A stretch of DNA of 64,000 bases from Lachnospiraceae bacterium (GTDB taxonomy: Bacteria > Bacillota > Clostridia > Lachnospirales > Lachnospiraceae): assembly GCA_017463225.1 (NCBI GenBank), contig JAFTPO010000012.1:607-64606 (forward strand). Reading direction: 5' to 3'. Numbering within the stretch: position 1 is the first letter of the stretch; every line of letters starts with the position of its first letter. The position numbers were made by a program, and so were the translations under genes. Below, piece by piece: positions 8,955 through 18,881 of this stretch. The notes under the pieces are model-generated. The model did not search any database, was not told the origin of the DNA, and saw nothing but the letters and a program-made list of their open reading frames with translations.

Positions 8955-9983
8955 ATGGCACTTCATATGATTAAGAAGGTACCTGGTCCACAGGAGATAA
9001 GAGAAGCGTTTCCTATGGATAAGGAGCTGCTGGATATTAAGGCAGCCAGAGATGCAGAGATTAAGAAGATTTTTACAGGTGAGTCTGACAAATTTATAGC
9101 AATTATCGGACCATGTTCAGCTGATTATGAGGATTCAGTTCTTGATTATTTGGGCAGACTTGCTAAGGTTCAGGAAAAGGTTGAGGAGAAGATTCTCATC
9201 ATACCTAGAATATATACAAACAAGCCACGTACTAACGGTTCAGGATATAAGGGAATGCTTCATCAGCCAAATCCAGAGGATAAGCCTGATTTTATCGAGG
9301 GTGTAAAGGCTATTAGAAAGATGCATATCAAGGCCATTAGAGAAACCCATCTCACTGCAGCAGACGAGATGCTTTATACAGATAACTGGCCATACCTTGA
9401 GGATATTTTATCCTATGTTGCTATTGGTGCAAGAAGTGTTGAGAATCAGGCCCACAGACTTACAGCCAGTGGTATGGATGTACCTGTAGGTATGAAGAAT
9501 CCAACCAGTGGAGATTACAACGTTATGCTTAATTCATGTGTAGCAGCACAGGCTAAGCATACCTTCCTTTTCTCAGGTTATGAGACAAAGACAGACGGTA
9601 ATCCACTTGCTCACTGTATACTTAGAGGTTCCCTTAATAAGAGTGGACAGTCTATTGCAAACTATCATTATGAGGATTTAAAGCTTCTTTGGGATATGTA
9701 CCAGAAGTTTAACCTGGTTAATCCTGCTTGTATAGTGGACGCTAACCACAATAATTCCGGAAAGAAATGGGATGAGCAGCCACGTATCGTTAATGAGATT
9801 CTTCACTGTAGAAGACACTCAGAGAATGTTAAGAAGCTGGTTAAGGGTGTTATGGTGGAAAGCTATATTGAGGATGGTAACCAGCCAATAGGTGGAGGCT
9901 GCTACGGTAAGTCTATTACAGACCCATGCTTAGGATGGGAAAAGTCAGAGAGACTTCTCCTTGAGATGGCAGAGCAGCTGTAA
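8955..9983 (+). CDS. aroF: 3-deoxy-7-phosphoheptulonate (DAHP) synthase, class I
   Basis: IGPCSADY, KPRT, GARSVENQAHRLTASGMDVPVGMKNP and CIVDANHNNSGK motifs. Confidence 0.9.
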   Translation: MALHMIKKVPGPQEIREAFPMDKELLDIKAARDAEIKKIFTGESDKFIAIIGPCSADYEDSVLDYLGRLAKVQEKVEEKILIIPRIYTNKPRTNGSGYKGMLHQPNPEDKPDFIEGVKAIRKMHIKAIRETHLTAADEMLYTDNWPYLEDILSYVAIGARSVENQAHRLTASGMDVPVGMKNPTSGDYNVMLNSCVAAQAKHTFLFSGYETKTDGNPLAHCILRGSLNKSGQSIANYHYEDLKLLWDMYQKFNLVNPACIVDANHNNSGKKWDEQPRIVNEILHCRRHSENVKKLVKGVMVESYIEDGNQPIGGGCYGKSITDPCLGWEKSERLLLEMAEQL

Positions 9984-10028
9984 AGCAAATTACTATGGGT
10001 GTTAAAAGGATAAATTGGGAGGATTTTA

Positions 10029-10415
10029 ATGAATATATTTAGTATTCTAATTCCAAAGCAGATGCTTACATATCTCAATGCTGAAGATCCTGTGGATAAG
10101 GCAGTGCAATTTGTTTTGGAAAGTGGATATACTGCAGTTCCTGTTATTGATAATGAGGGAAAATTCGTGGCCATAGCCAGTGAGGGTGACTTCCTTAGAC
10201 GCGTTATGGACGGAGGCAGAGATAATTTAGCCAATTACAGAGTCAGAGACATAGTAAAGATGGATGCTGAGGGTGCAGTTTTAAATACTGCCAGCGAAGA
10301 GGAAATCTACGAGAAGATTCTGGATAGAAATTTCTTGGCGGTTATAGATGACAGAGGGTGCTTTGTAGGTATAATCACTAGAAAAACTGTAATTATGAAG
10401 CTACATAAGGATTAG
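10029..10415 (+). CDS. CBS-domain pair protein
   Basis: 128 aa with two CBS-like repeats (TAVPVIDNEGKFVAI.. and FLAVIDDRGCFVGIITRK). Confidence 0.8.
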   Translation: MNIFSILIPKQMLTYLNAEDPVDKAVQFVLESGYTAVPVIDNEGKFVAIASEGDFLRRVMDGGRDNLANYRVRDIVKMDAEGAVLNTASEEEIYEKILDRNFLAVIDDRGCFVGIITRKTVIMKLHKD

Positions 10416-10419
10416 GTGC

Positions 10420-11088
10420 ATGAGTAGATACAAATATATTTTATTTGATTTAGACGGAACAATTACTGAACCATTTAAGGGGATATCGGGCGGTATAATT
10501 TACGCCTTGGAAAAATATGGTATAAAGCCCTTAGATGAAGCTACTCTCAGAAAGTTTATAGGTCCACCTCTGAGAGATTCTTTTAGAGATTATTGTGGCT
10601 TTTCGGATGAACAGGCGGAGGAGGCTACAGCATATTATCGTGAGTATTACAGTGTAAAAGGCTTAGAGGAAAATGATATTATGCCTGGGATGGATAAGGC
10701 GATAGAGACTCTATATAGTAGAGGGTACAAGCTTTATCTGGCCACATCAAAGCCGGAAAAATTCGCCAGAATAATATTAGAGAATTTAGGTCTCCTTAAG
10801 TATTTTGACATTGCTGCAGGGGCAAGCTTTGATGGTTCGAGAGATAAAAAAGAACTGGTTATGGAATACCTGTTAGAGCAGATAAGAGAAAGATATTCGG
10901 ATTTTAGTATTGACCAGACTATTATGGTAGGCGACAGACATTTTGATATAAACGGGGCAAAGTATTTCGGAATGGATAGTGTTGGTGTTACCTTTGGTTA
11001 TGGAGATTATCAGGAGCTTTCCCAGGCCGGCGCTACCTATGTGGTTGATGATGCAGAGGGACTAGTAGAAGCGATTGAAAATAGTTAA
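10420..11088 (+). CDS. HAD-superfamily hydrolase (phosphoglycolate phosphatase-like, subfamily IA)
   Basis: DLDGT motif I (ILFDLDGTI), TSK motif II, GDRHFD motif IV. Confidence 0.85.
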   Translation: MSRYKYILFDLDGTITEPFKGISGGIIYALEKYGIKPLDEATLRKFIGPPLRDSFRDYCGFSDEQAEEATAYYREYYSVKGLEENDIMPGMDKAIETLYSRGYKLYLATSKPEKFARIILENLGLLKYFDIAAGASFDGSRDKKELVMEYLLEQIRERYSDFSIDQTIMVGDRHFDINGAKYFGMDSVGVTFGYGDYQELSQAGATYVVDDAEGLVEAIENS

Positions 11089-11107
11089 GTGAATAATAAA
11101 GAAATAA

Positions 11108-11158
11108 AGGCAGTAGTTGGTTTTGTGAAAATGCACAAAAACCACTACTGCTTTTATT
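11108..11158 (+). terminator. intrinsic terminator
   Basis: GCAGTAGTTGGTTTTGTG pairs with CACAAAAACCACTACTGC in a long near-perfect stem, followed by TTTTATT. Confidence 0.65.
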
Positions 11159-11269
11159 GGTAAACTAACGAAAATTTTTTTTGTTAGGGAATTGCCTTAC
11201 AAATTGTAAATTATTTTGCTAATATATATTATAGAGGAAATTCGGTTTATTTATTTTAGGAGGCAAAAC

Positions 11270-11770
11270 ATGTTCGAAAAAGGTGATTACATAGTATACG
11301 GGCAAAATGGAATATGTAGGATTGAGGACATTACGCATCCTGAGATTTCTGGTTACGACAATGACAGATTGTATTATGTTTTGGCGCCCGAGAGGTCTAG
11401 AGAGAGTAAATTGTACTGTCCTACAGACAACACAAAGGTAGTACTTAGAAAGATTGTAACAGCGGATGAGGCTATGGAGGCTATTGGAGAGGCTGATAGC
11501 GTGGAGCCGTTAGTTGTATCTAATGACCGTATGAGAGATGAGTGCTACAAAAATGTTATGAGAAGCTGCGAGTTAAAACAGTGGATAAAGATTATTAAGA
11601 CTCTTCTTATCAGAAAGAAGGAGCGAGAGGCAGCAGGTAAAAAGATTACTGCAACAGATGAGAGATACTTAAATGCTGCGTCAGAGGTATTATTTACCGA
11701 GGTTTCTATAGCTACAGGTAAGGATAAAAACGAGGTTAAGGAGCTTGTTCTTAACGCTATGTGCGTGTGA
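11270..11770 (+). CDS. CarD/CdnL-family RNA-polymerase-binding transcription factor
   Basis: MFEKGDYIVYGQNGICRIEDI.. is a CarD_CdnL_TRCF N-domain, followed by a helical C-domain. ATG 11270 follows AGGAGG; the ORF track starts at 11216. Confidence 0.85.
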   Translation: MFEKGDYIVYGQNGICRIEDITHPEISGYDNDRLYYVLAPERSRESKLYCPTDNTKVVLRKIVTADEAMEAIGEADSVEPLVVSNDRMRDECYKNVMRSCELKQWIKIIKTLLIRKKEREAAGKKITATDERYLNAASEVLFTEVSIATGKDKNEVKELVLNAMCV

Positions 11771-11796
11771 TTTACGCATAACTAAATTATGTATTA

Positions 11797-11829
11797 AGCC
11801 ACAGACAAAACGGTGTCTGTGGCTTTTAT
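11797..11829 (+). terminator. intrinsic terminator
   Basis: AGCCACAGAC pairs with GTCTGTGGCT, followed by TTTT. Confidence 0.7.
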
Positions 11830-11846
11830 AATTTGTGGGTTTTAGG

Positions 11847-11875
11847 TTGGAAAAATTACCCATTCATAGTATAAT
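11847..11875 (+). promoter_or_regulatory. sigma-A-type promoter of the hydCBA operon
   Basis: TTGGAA 11847-11852, 17-nt spacer, TATAAT 11870-11875. Confidence 0.5.
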
Positions 11876-11930
11876 TATACTTGGGTCAAATAATAAAACG
11901 GTGAAAATCCGTAAACTTAGGAGGAAGGAT

Positions 11931-12407
11931 ATGTTAGATCAAGCTTATTATGATAAGGCAGACGAAATAATAGGTCAGTATGGAACTGAGAGTCGATGGC
12001 TTATTCCTATTATTCAGGATGTTCAGACAGAGTACAGATATCTGCCACCGGAGCTTCTGAGCTACATTGCTGCAAAGCTTAATATCACTGAGGCTAAGGC
12101 TTATAGTGTAGCAACCTTTTATGAGAATTTCTCATTTGAGCAGAAGGGTAAGTATGTGATTAAGGTGTGTGATGGAACTGCCTGTCACGTTAGAAAATCA
12201 ACAGGTATTTTGGAAAGATTATATAAGGAATTAGGGCTTGAAAAAGGTAAGCATACAACAGATGATATGATGTTTACAGTAGAGACTGTATCATGTCTTG
12301 GAGCTTGCGGTTTAGCCCCTGTTCTCACCGTCAATGATGAGGTGCATGCGGCTATGACACCGGACAAGGTGACTGAATTAATAAAGGAATTGCGAGGTGA
12401 GGGCTAA
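11931..12407 (+). CDS. hydC: [FeFe]-hydrogenase small subunit HydC (NuoE-like 2Fe-2S thioredoxin-fold)
   Basis: NuoE pattern: WLIPIIQDVQ.., CDGTACHV.., VSCLGACGLAPV. ATG 11931 follows AGGAGGAAGG. Confidence 0.9.
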   Translation: MLDQAYYDKADEIIGQYGTESRWLIPIIQDVQTEYRYLPPELLSYIAAKLNITEAKAYSVATFYENFSFEQKGKYVIKVCDGTACHVRKSTGILERLYKELGLEKGKHTTDDMMFTVETVSCLGACGLAPVLTVNDEVHAAMTPDKVTELIKELRGEG

Positions 12408-14296
12408 TGAGATTAAATAATAGAGAAGATTTGATTCGCGCTCGCAAGGAAGCTAAGGCAGCTATGGAGCAGGAGAAATTTAGAATTCTCATCTGTGCTG
12501 GTACAGGTTGCTTAGCTGGTGGTTCAGCTAAGATATATGAGAAGCTAAAGGCTCTTGTAGATGGTAATCCTAATGTGGAGGTAGAATTTGGAGCAGGTGT
12601 GGCACATGGACCTAATGGTGAGTGCCCTAGTGGTGTAAAAAAGAGTGGTTGTCATGGATTCTGTGAGATGGGACCACTTGTTAGAATCGAGCCTTACAAC
12701 TTCCTTTATACAAAGGTTAAGGAAGAGGATTGTGAAGAAATATATGAGAAAACTATCCTGAGAGGAGAGCCTGTGGAGAGGCTTTTGTATGAGATGGATG
12801 GTGTTAAGTACAAGACTCAGGAGGAGATTCCATTCTATGCAAAGCAGACCAGACTTGTGCTTAAAAACTGTGGACATATTGATGCAGAGCATATCAATGA
12901 GTACCTAGCAGTGGGTGGATATGAAGCCCTTGAGAAGGCCCTTTTTGATATGACCCAGGAAGAAATTATTAATGAGATTTATGACTCAGAGCTTCGTGGT
13001 CGTGGAGGCGGTGGCTTCCAGACTGGATATAAGTGGAAACAGGTAGCCCGCCAGGCTGAGAAGACTCGCTATGTGGTATGTAATGGTGATGAGGGAGACC
13101 CAGGTGCATTTATGGACCGTTCTGTTATGGAGGGTGACCCACACAAGATGATAGAGGGTATGATAATCGCCGGATATGCAGTTGGAGCTCAGGAAGGTTA
13201 TATTTACGTTAGAGCAGAGTATCCACTGGCGATTAGCAGACTTAAGATAGCTATAGCTCAGGCTGAGGAAGTGGGACTTCTTGGAGATAATATTTTAGGT
13301 TCAGGCTACAGCTTTAAGCTTCACATAAACCGTGGTGCAGGAGCCTTCGTATGTGGCGAGGGTTCAGCTCTTACAGCATCTATCGAGGGTGAGCGTGGTA
13401 TGCCTAGAACTAAGCCACCTAGAACAGTTGAGCAGGGATTGTTTGGTAAACCAACAGTTCTTAACAATGTTGAGACTTACGCAAATGTTCCTATGATTAT
13501 TACCAATGGTGCCCAGTGGTACAAGGGTATCGGTACTGAGAAGAGTCCTGGAACCAAGGCATTTGCGGTAACAGGAAGTATCAATAATACAGGACTTATA
13601 GAGGTGCCAATGGGTACAACTCTCAGAGAGATTGTATATGAGATTGGTGGCGGAATTAAGAATGGTAAGGAGTTTAAGGCAGTACAGATAGGTGGACCAT
13701 CAGGCGGTTGTCTTATCGGCACAGACCTTGACCTACCACTTGATTTTGATTCTCTTAAGAAGCGCGGAGCTATGATTGGTTCAGGCGGACTTGTTATTAT
13801 GGACGAGGATACCTGTATGGTAGAGGTTGCAAGATTCTTTATGAACTTTACTCAGAATGAATCCTGCGGAAAATGTATTCCTTGCCGTGAGGGTACCAAG
13901 CGTATGCTTGAAATATTAGAGGATATAGTTGCAGGAAGAGGTACTATGGAGCAGCTTGATATGCTGGAGGAGCTTGGTACTGCAATTACTGATACAGCAC
14001 TTTGTGGTCTGGGCAAGAGTGCAGCACTTCCTGTTCTCAGTACTCTTAGAACCTTTAGAGATGAGTACGAGGAGCACGTATTAGAGAAAAAATGTCGCAC
14101 AGGCAACTGCCAGGCACTTAGAACCTACAAGATAGATCCTGACAAGTGTAAGGGATGTTCTAAGTGTGCAAGAAATTGTCCTGTAGGAGCTATAACCGGA
14201 CAGATTAAGAGTCCGTATACTATTGACCCTAGCAAGTGTATTAAGTGTGGCGCTTGTGAGAGTGATTGTCCATTTGGGGCAATAGAAATAGTGTAG
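12407..14296 (+). CDS. hydB: [FeFe]-hydrogenase flavoprotein subunit HydB (NuoF-like, NAD(H)/FMN binding, Fe-S)
   Basis: RGRGGGGFQTG FMN/NADH motif, ESCGKCIPCREG N3 cluster, C-terminal 2x[4Fe-4S] CxxCxxCxxxCP. Start is coupled to hydC (TAATG). Confidence 0.92.
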   Translation: MRLNNREDLIRARKEAKAAMEQEKFRILICAGTGCLAGGSAKIYEKLKALVDGNPNVEVEFGAGVAHGPNGECPSGVKKSGCHGFCEMGPLVRIEPYNFLYTKVKEEDCEEIYEKTILRGEPVERLLYEMDGVKYKTQEEIPFYAKQTRLVLKNCGHIDAEHINEYLAVGGYEALEKALFDMTQEEIINEIYDSELRGRGGGGFQTGYKWKQVARQAEKTRYVVCNGDEGDPGAFMDRSVMEGDPHKMIEGMIIAGYAVGAQEGYIYVRAEYPLAISRLKIAIAQAEEVGLLGDNILGSGYSFKLHINRGAGAFVCGEGSALTASIEGERGMPRTKPPRTVEQGLFGKPTVLNNVETYANVPMIITNGAQWYKGIGTEKSPGTKAFAVTGSINNTGLIEVPMGTTLREIVYEIGGGIKNGKEFKAVQIGGPSGGCLIGTDLDLPLDFDSLKKRGAMIGSGGLVIMDEDTCMVEVARFFMNFTQNESCGKCIPCREGTKRMLEILEDIVAGRGTMEQLDMLEELGTAITDTALCGLGKSAALPVLSTLRTFRDEYEEHVLEKKCRTGNCQALRTYKIDPDKCKGCSKCARNCPVGAITGQIKSPYTIDPSKCIKCGACESDCPFGAIEIV

Positions 14297-14311
14297 GGAG
14301 GTGCTTAAGTA

Positions 14312-16000
14312 ATGGATTATATGACTATAGACGGAAGATGTGTGCCTATAGAGGGTGAGAAGAATATTCTTGCAGTTATTCGTAAGGCTGGCATCGATTT
14401 ACCAACATTTTGTTACCATTCAGAGCTTTCTGTATATGGCGCATGTCGTATGTGTGTTGTGGAGGATGACAGAGGAAGAATCTTTGCTTCGTGTTCAGAG
14501 CAGCCTAGGGCTGGAATGGTAATTAAGACTAATTCAACTAAGATTAGAAAGTATAGAAAGCTTATTATAGAGCTTCTTCTTGCGTCACATTGTAGAGACT
14601 GTACAGTGTGTACCAGAAATGGAAACTGCGAGCTTCAGAACATTGCATTTAAGGTGGGAATTCATTCAGTTAGATTCCCTAACAACAGAGAGCAGGTACC
14701 GATAGATATCAGTTCTCCATCCATAGTAAGAGATCCTAACAAATGTATTCTCTGCGGTGACTGTGTAAGAACCTGCGATGAGATTCAGGCAGTTGGAGCT
14801 ATAGATTTTGCCCACAGAGGTTCTAAGATGGAGGTTACTCCAGCATTTGGTAAGGAGCTTGCAGAGACAGATTGTGTAGGCTGTGGACAGTGTGTAGTTG
14901 CATGTCCGACAGGTGCAATATCAGTTCGTACAAATGTTACTGATGTATGGCAGGCTATAGAGGATCCTAATATAAGAGTGGTTGCTCAGATAGCACCTGC
15001 AGTTAGACTTGCAGTAGGTGATAAGTTTGGCTTCCCTAAGGGAACAAACACTATGGGTAAGCTTGTTGCAGCTCTTAGAGTTATGGGCTTTGATAAGGTA
15101 TATGATACAAACTTTGCAGCAGACCTTACAGTTGTGGAGGAGTCAAAGGAGTTTGCCAAGAGATTGGAGAAGAACGAGAATCTTCCACTCTTTACTTCCT
15201 GCTGTCCGGGTTGGGTTAAGTTCTGTGAGACTAAGTATCCTGATTTTGCAGGTAATATATCAACATGTCGTTCTCCACAGGGAATGTTCTCAGCGGTGGT
15301 AAAGGAGTACTTTGCTAAGCAGGATGCTGAGGACGGTAAGAAGACATTTGTGGTTTCAATTATGCCTTGTACAGCTAAGAAGGGTGAGATAGAAAGACCT
15401 GACAACTTTACAGATGGCAGACAGGACACTGATAAGGTACTTACTACAGTAGAGATAATCAGAATGATTCGCCAGGCAGGTATTAAGTTTGATGAGATAG
15501 AAAGTGAGGCACCGGATATGCCATTCGGTATAGCTTCAGGTGCAGCCTCAATCTTCGGTGTAACAGGTGGCGTTACTGAGGCAGTGCTTAGACACGTATC
15601 TGCCCAAAAGGGACATCAGGTTATATCACAGCTTAGCTTCTCTGGTGTACGTGGCGATGAGGGAATCAAGGAAACCAGCGTTATGCTTGGAGATAGAGAA
15701 GTAAAGATTGCAGTGGTAAATGGTCTTGGCAACGCCGACAAGCTTCTTAAGGCTATAAAGGCCGGAGAGGCTCACTACGACTTCGTAGAGGTTATGGCTT
15801 GTAGGCGAGGCTGTATAGCTGGTGGTGGTCAGCCACTTCCTATAGGACCAAGAACAAGAGCTTCTCGTGCAGAGGGAATCTATGCGGTGGATAGAGAATC
15901 GTTGATAAGATTTACTGAAGATAATCCACTTCTTAATCAGACCTATCAGGATGTAATAGCTGGTAAGGAGCATAAGCTGCTTCATAGAAGTGGGCATTAA
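14312..16000 (+). CDS. hydA: [FeFe]-hydrogenase catalytic subunit HydA (group A3, bifurcating type)
   Basis: H-cluster motifs FTSCCPGW, MPCTAKKGE and EVMACRRGCIAGGGQP. N-terminal 2Fe-2S and 4Fe-4S ferredoxin domains. Confidence 0.93.
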   Translation: MDYMTIDGRCVPIEGEKNILAVIRKAGIDLPTFCYHSELSVYGACRMCVVEDDRGRIFASCSEQPRAGMVIKTNSTKIRKYRKLIIELLLASHCRDCTVCTRNGNCELQNIAFKVGIHSVRFPNNREQVPIDISSPSIVRDPNKCILCGDCVRTCDEIQAVGAIDFAHRGSKMEVTPAFGKELAETDCVGCGQCVVACPTGAISVRTNVTDVWQAIEDPNIRVVAQIAPAVRLAVGDKFGFPKGTNTMGKLVAALRVMGFDKVYDTNFAADLTVVEESKEFAKRLEKNENLPLFTSCCPGWVKFCETKYPDFAGNISTCRSPQGMFSAVVKEYFAKQDAEDGKKTFVVSIMPCTAKKGEIERPDNFTDGRQDTDKVLTTVEIIRMIRQAGIKFDEIESEAPDMPFGIASGAASIFGVTGGVTEAVLRHVSAQKGHQVISQLSFSGVRGDEGIKETSVMLGDREVKIAVVNGLGNADKLLKAIKAGEAHYDFVEVMACRRGCIAGGGQPLPIGPRTRASRAEGIYAVDRESLIRFTEDNPLLNQTYQDVIAGKEHKLLHRSGH

Positions 16001-16010
16001 AAATATGTAG

Positions 16011-16154
16011 TATACATATAAAGAGGGCGTTGGGATATATTTCAATCCGGCCGCGACAGGGTAATGCGCAGCTGACCGTTTTAGTGTCAGCGAAGCATTA
16101 TCCCTAGGCAGGCCGGCCAAGGAAGTATATCTTTACGCTCTCTACGTATGTATA
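16011..16154 (-). repeat. structured GC-rich core (16046-16122, minus orientation) nested in a long imperfect AT-rich hairpin; copy A
   Basis: The reverse complement of 16046-16122 aligns with the cores at 42151-42224 and 51905-51977 (see findings). Arms 16011-16043 and 16122-16154 are imperfectly complementary. Confidence 0.75.
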
Positions 16155-16157
16155 AAA

Positions 16158-16451
16158 TTATATTAAGTACCACACTATTGAAAGTACTGTGCTTGTAAGT
16201 CCGATTAAAGCCTCGTAAGGTATAAGCTTCATACGGTCGCTTATGCTTATGTCGCAGATTGGATGAAGTGCAAATAGGATACTGCACAGATTACCATAGT
16301 GCTAACTGTTGTCTCAAGGCCGTCGCCACCCATAAGACCATCGATGTGAGCTCCTTAATATTAAGCTATATGCTGGAGAAACCTTTTTGATAATGAGTAC
16401 AATGGCGATTACTAATCCTACGATTGCGCCTAAAGTTGTAAATTCGTACAT
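16158..16451 (-). pseudogene. remnant of a GntP-family (gluconate/glycerate) permease gene: frameshifted and internally deleted
   Basis: ATG 16451, 2 nt after the glxK stop, gives MYEFTTLGAIVGLVIAIVLIIKKVSPAYSLIL. The frame then breaks. A shifted frame reads GAHIDGLMGGDGLETTVSTMV; a last frame ends ..MKLIPYEALIGLTSTVLSIVWYLI*. About 290 nt remain where ~1.3 kb is expected. Confidence 0.5.
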
Positions 16452-16453
16452 AA

Positions 16454-17596
16454 TTAAACTTCTTTCACGTTAATTAATCTAAATACCTGTTCTACAGTTG
16501 TTTCCATATTATCTCTTGCCACAGCAGGAGTCATAGCCTCCTGTAATGTTTGAATTCTTCTAAGTATTGGGAAGAATGCGTCTATACCGTGCTCGTTACA
16601 AGCAGTTGCATCTGGTGTTACTGCACCTGCGAAGGCAAGAACAGTTTTATCATATTTCTTTGCAATATTTGCAACACCGATAGGTGCCTTGCCAAATACT
16701 GTCTGTCCATCTAATCTACCTTCTCCTGTAACTACTATATCAGCATCCTGAACATAGCTTTCCAGCTTTGTTTCTTCTAAGATAATCTTAATTCCTGACT
16801 CTAACACTGCATTTGTGTAGGCTAAGAATGCGAAGCCTAAGCCGCCAGCTGCTCCTGTTCCTGGATGCTTAGCGTTTGCTTTGCTATACTTTTCAGAGGT
16901 AAGCTTAGCATAGTAAGCAAGCCACTTATCCATCTGGATAATCATAGCTCCGTCAGCCCCCTTCTGAGGTCCGAATACCGCGCTACATCCAAGCTCTCCG
17001 CATAAAGGATTTGTTACATCACAAGCTACTCTGAATGAGCACTCCTTAAGCTCTGGGATTACATTATCATCTGTGATTGTCTCAATTTCTTTAAGTCCCT
17101 TTGCGCCAAATGGAACCTGGTTTCCGTCCTTATCCAGCATTCCATAACCAAGTGCCTGAAGCATTCCAATCCCGCCGTCGTTAGTTGCGCTTCCGCCGAT
17201 GCCTACGATAAAGTGACGACAGCCTTTTCTTATGGCGTCTTTGATTACCTCGCCTACGCCATAGGTTGTTGTGTGAAGAGGATTTCTGTCTGCGTCTGGA
17301 ACTAATGTGATTCCTGCAGCACCAGACATCTCCACGATTGCTGTCTTGCTTTCCTCTAAGATTCCGTACACACAGTTAACCTTTTCTCCTAAAGGTCCTG
17401 TAACCTTAACAGTTTCTAACTTTCCACCCATTCCAAGTGCAAGCGCTTCTACAGTGCCTTCTCCACCATCGGCAAGAGGTCTTACGCAAACCTCAGCATC
17501 TGGAATTGCCTTTAATATTCCGTTCTTAATTGCGTCTCCTGCTTCAAGAGAAGACAAGCTTCCCTTTAATGAGTCAATTGCTACTACTACTTTCAT
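16454..17596 (-). CDS. glxK: glycerate kinase
   Basis: MKVVVAIDSLKGSLSS.., PLADGGEGT, GIGGSATNDGG, VTGEGRLDGQT: GlxK/GarK family signatures. Confidence 0.92.
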   Translation of the reverse strand: MKVVVAIDSLKGSLSSLEAGDAIKNGILKAIPDAEVCVRPLADGGEGTVEALALGMGGKLETVKVTGPLGEKVNCVYGILEESKTAIVEMSGAAGITLVPDADRNPLHTTTYGVGEVIKDAIRKGCRHFIVGIGGSATNDGGIGMLQALGYGMLDKDGNQVPFGAKGLKEIETITDDNVIPELKECSFRVACDVTNPLCGELGCSAVFGPQKGADGAMIIQMDKWLAYYAKLTSEKYSKANAKHPGTGAAGGLGFAFLAYTNAVLESGIKIILEETKLESYVQDADIVVTGEGRLDGQTVFGKAPIGVANIAKKYDKTVLAFAGAVTPDATACNEHGIDAFFPILRRIQTLQEAMTPAVARDNMETTVEQVFRLINVKEV

Positions 17597-17736
17597 TAAT
17601 TACTATCTCCTTTTTGTTTGTTGCTCCGTTTTCTTTATGTTGAGATAATGATAACATATAAAAATTATAAATAATATGTTATACAAGACGAAAATAGCTT
17701 GAAAAGTATGTTAAAACATGGTATATATAACATAAA

Positions 17737-18846
17737 GTGGAACAAATGGAGGATTTTATGGCATTTTCTATCAGGCAGAACGTGGCCCAGCAAATAGTTG
17801 AAGCGGTAAAGGATGTTGCGGGACACGATATCAATTTTATAGATGCTAAGGGAATTATATTTGCCAGCACAGATATTAAGAGAATTGGAGACTATCACGA
17901 AATCGGTCACCAGGTAATTAAAAAGGGTGAGACCATAGAGGTTGATAGTAACGAAGGATATTTTGGTACCAAAAAAGGTGTGAATATTCCTTTTATATAT
18001 AAGGGTGATGTCTGTGCAGTTATAGGAATTAGTGGAGAACCTGAGGAGGTAAGGAAATATGTATACCTGGCTCAGAAGATTACCGCTTTAATTCTAAGAG
18101 AGCATGAGCTAGAACGGCAGGAGCACAACCAGAAGACACAGCTGAATCACGTTATTCGTTCCATAATAAACCATGACTACTTAAATATTGATTACCTGAA
18201 GGATTTCCTTAAGGATTACAGGACAACTCTTAATGCTAGCTATCAGACCATACTTATTAAGCTGGATTCAAGATATAATCCATCAAATCTGTCTATGATA
18301 GAAAAGTATATATACCAGGCCTTTGAAAGCACAGGTTCTAAGCTATATACCTTTAACTATGCCAATGAATACATTCTTTTGATGGAAGCAGAGAAGGTAG
18401 AAAAATGCTTATATATATTTGAAGAATTGGGGCAAAAATATTCACCTATAATAAAGATTGGAGTAGGTCGTGTGGCAGAGCTGTCTCATCAGCACAACTC
18501 CTACCAATCAGCTAAGATTGCCATAGAAAGTTTATTCGCAGATGAGTATATTGCGGTATTTGATTCCTTGGATTTAGAAATACTGTTAGGCAATGTGGGT
18601 CAGGAGAACAAACAGCTGTATCTGCAGAAAACCATAGAGAAGATTTCAGAGAAGGATCGAAAAGTACTTAAAACATACTTTTCTCTTAATATGTCCTTAA
18701 AGGATAGCTGTGAACAGCTTTTTTTACATAAGAATACACTTCAGTACAGGTTGGATAAAATTTGGAGAGATACGGGATACAACCCCAGAGAGTTTAAGGA
18801 TGCGGCAGTATTATATGTGGGTCTTAAGATGCTGGGGAATGAATAA
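17737..18846 (+). CDS. CdaR/PucR-family sugar-diacid regulator
   Basis: N-terminal diacid-recognition pattern (AQQIVEAVKDVAGHDINFIDAKGIIFAST..RIGDYHE). C-terminal PucR HTH (LFLHKNTLQYRLDKI). Divergent from glxK. Confidence 0.85.
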   Translation: MEQMEDFMAFSIRQNVAQQIVEAVKDVAGHDINFIDAKGIIFASTDIKRIGDYHEIGHQVIKKGETIEVDSNEGYFGTKKGVNIPFIYKGDVCAVIGISGEPEEVRKYVYLAQKITALILREHELERQEHNQKTQLNHVIRSIINHDYLNIDYLKDFLKDYRTTLNASYQTILIKLDSRYNPSNLSMIEKYIYQAFESTGSKLYTFNYANEYILLMEAEKVEKCLYIFEELGQKYSPIIKIGVGRVAELSHQHNSYQSAKIAIESLFADEYIAVFDSLDLEILLGNVGQENKQLYLQKTIEKISEKDRKVLKTYFSLNMSLKDSCEQLFLHKNTLQYRLDKIWRDTGYNPREFKDAAVLYVGLKMLGNE

Positions 18847-18881
18847 GTGTCAGTGAACTAAGTGATATTACGGGAGGTATA

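Noticed and set aside
14986-15429. 147-aa antisense ORF inside hydA. Similar antisense ORFs occur at 12545-12892 and 13477-13722 in hydB.
   Set aside because: Each is fully embedded opposite strongly supported coding sequence. They have low-complexity Ser/Leu/Pro-rich translations, no RBS and no motifs.
16046-16122. FseI (GGCCGGCC) and AvrII (CCTAGG) sites in the repeat core looked like a synthetic cloning scar or vector remnant.
   Set aside because: Copy B has GGCCGACC with a compensating GGTCGG partner. Copy C has a different but still pairing P2. The copies sit in native terminator hairpins. That is natural divergence under structural constraint, not an engineered cassette.
16087-16287. 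66-aa minus-strand ORF in the hydA/glxK spacer.
   Set aside because: It runs through the repeat core and the decayed gntP fragments. It is best explained as a chance frame in a pseudogene remnant.
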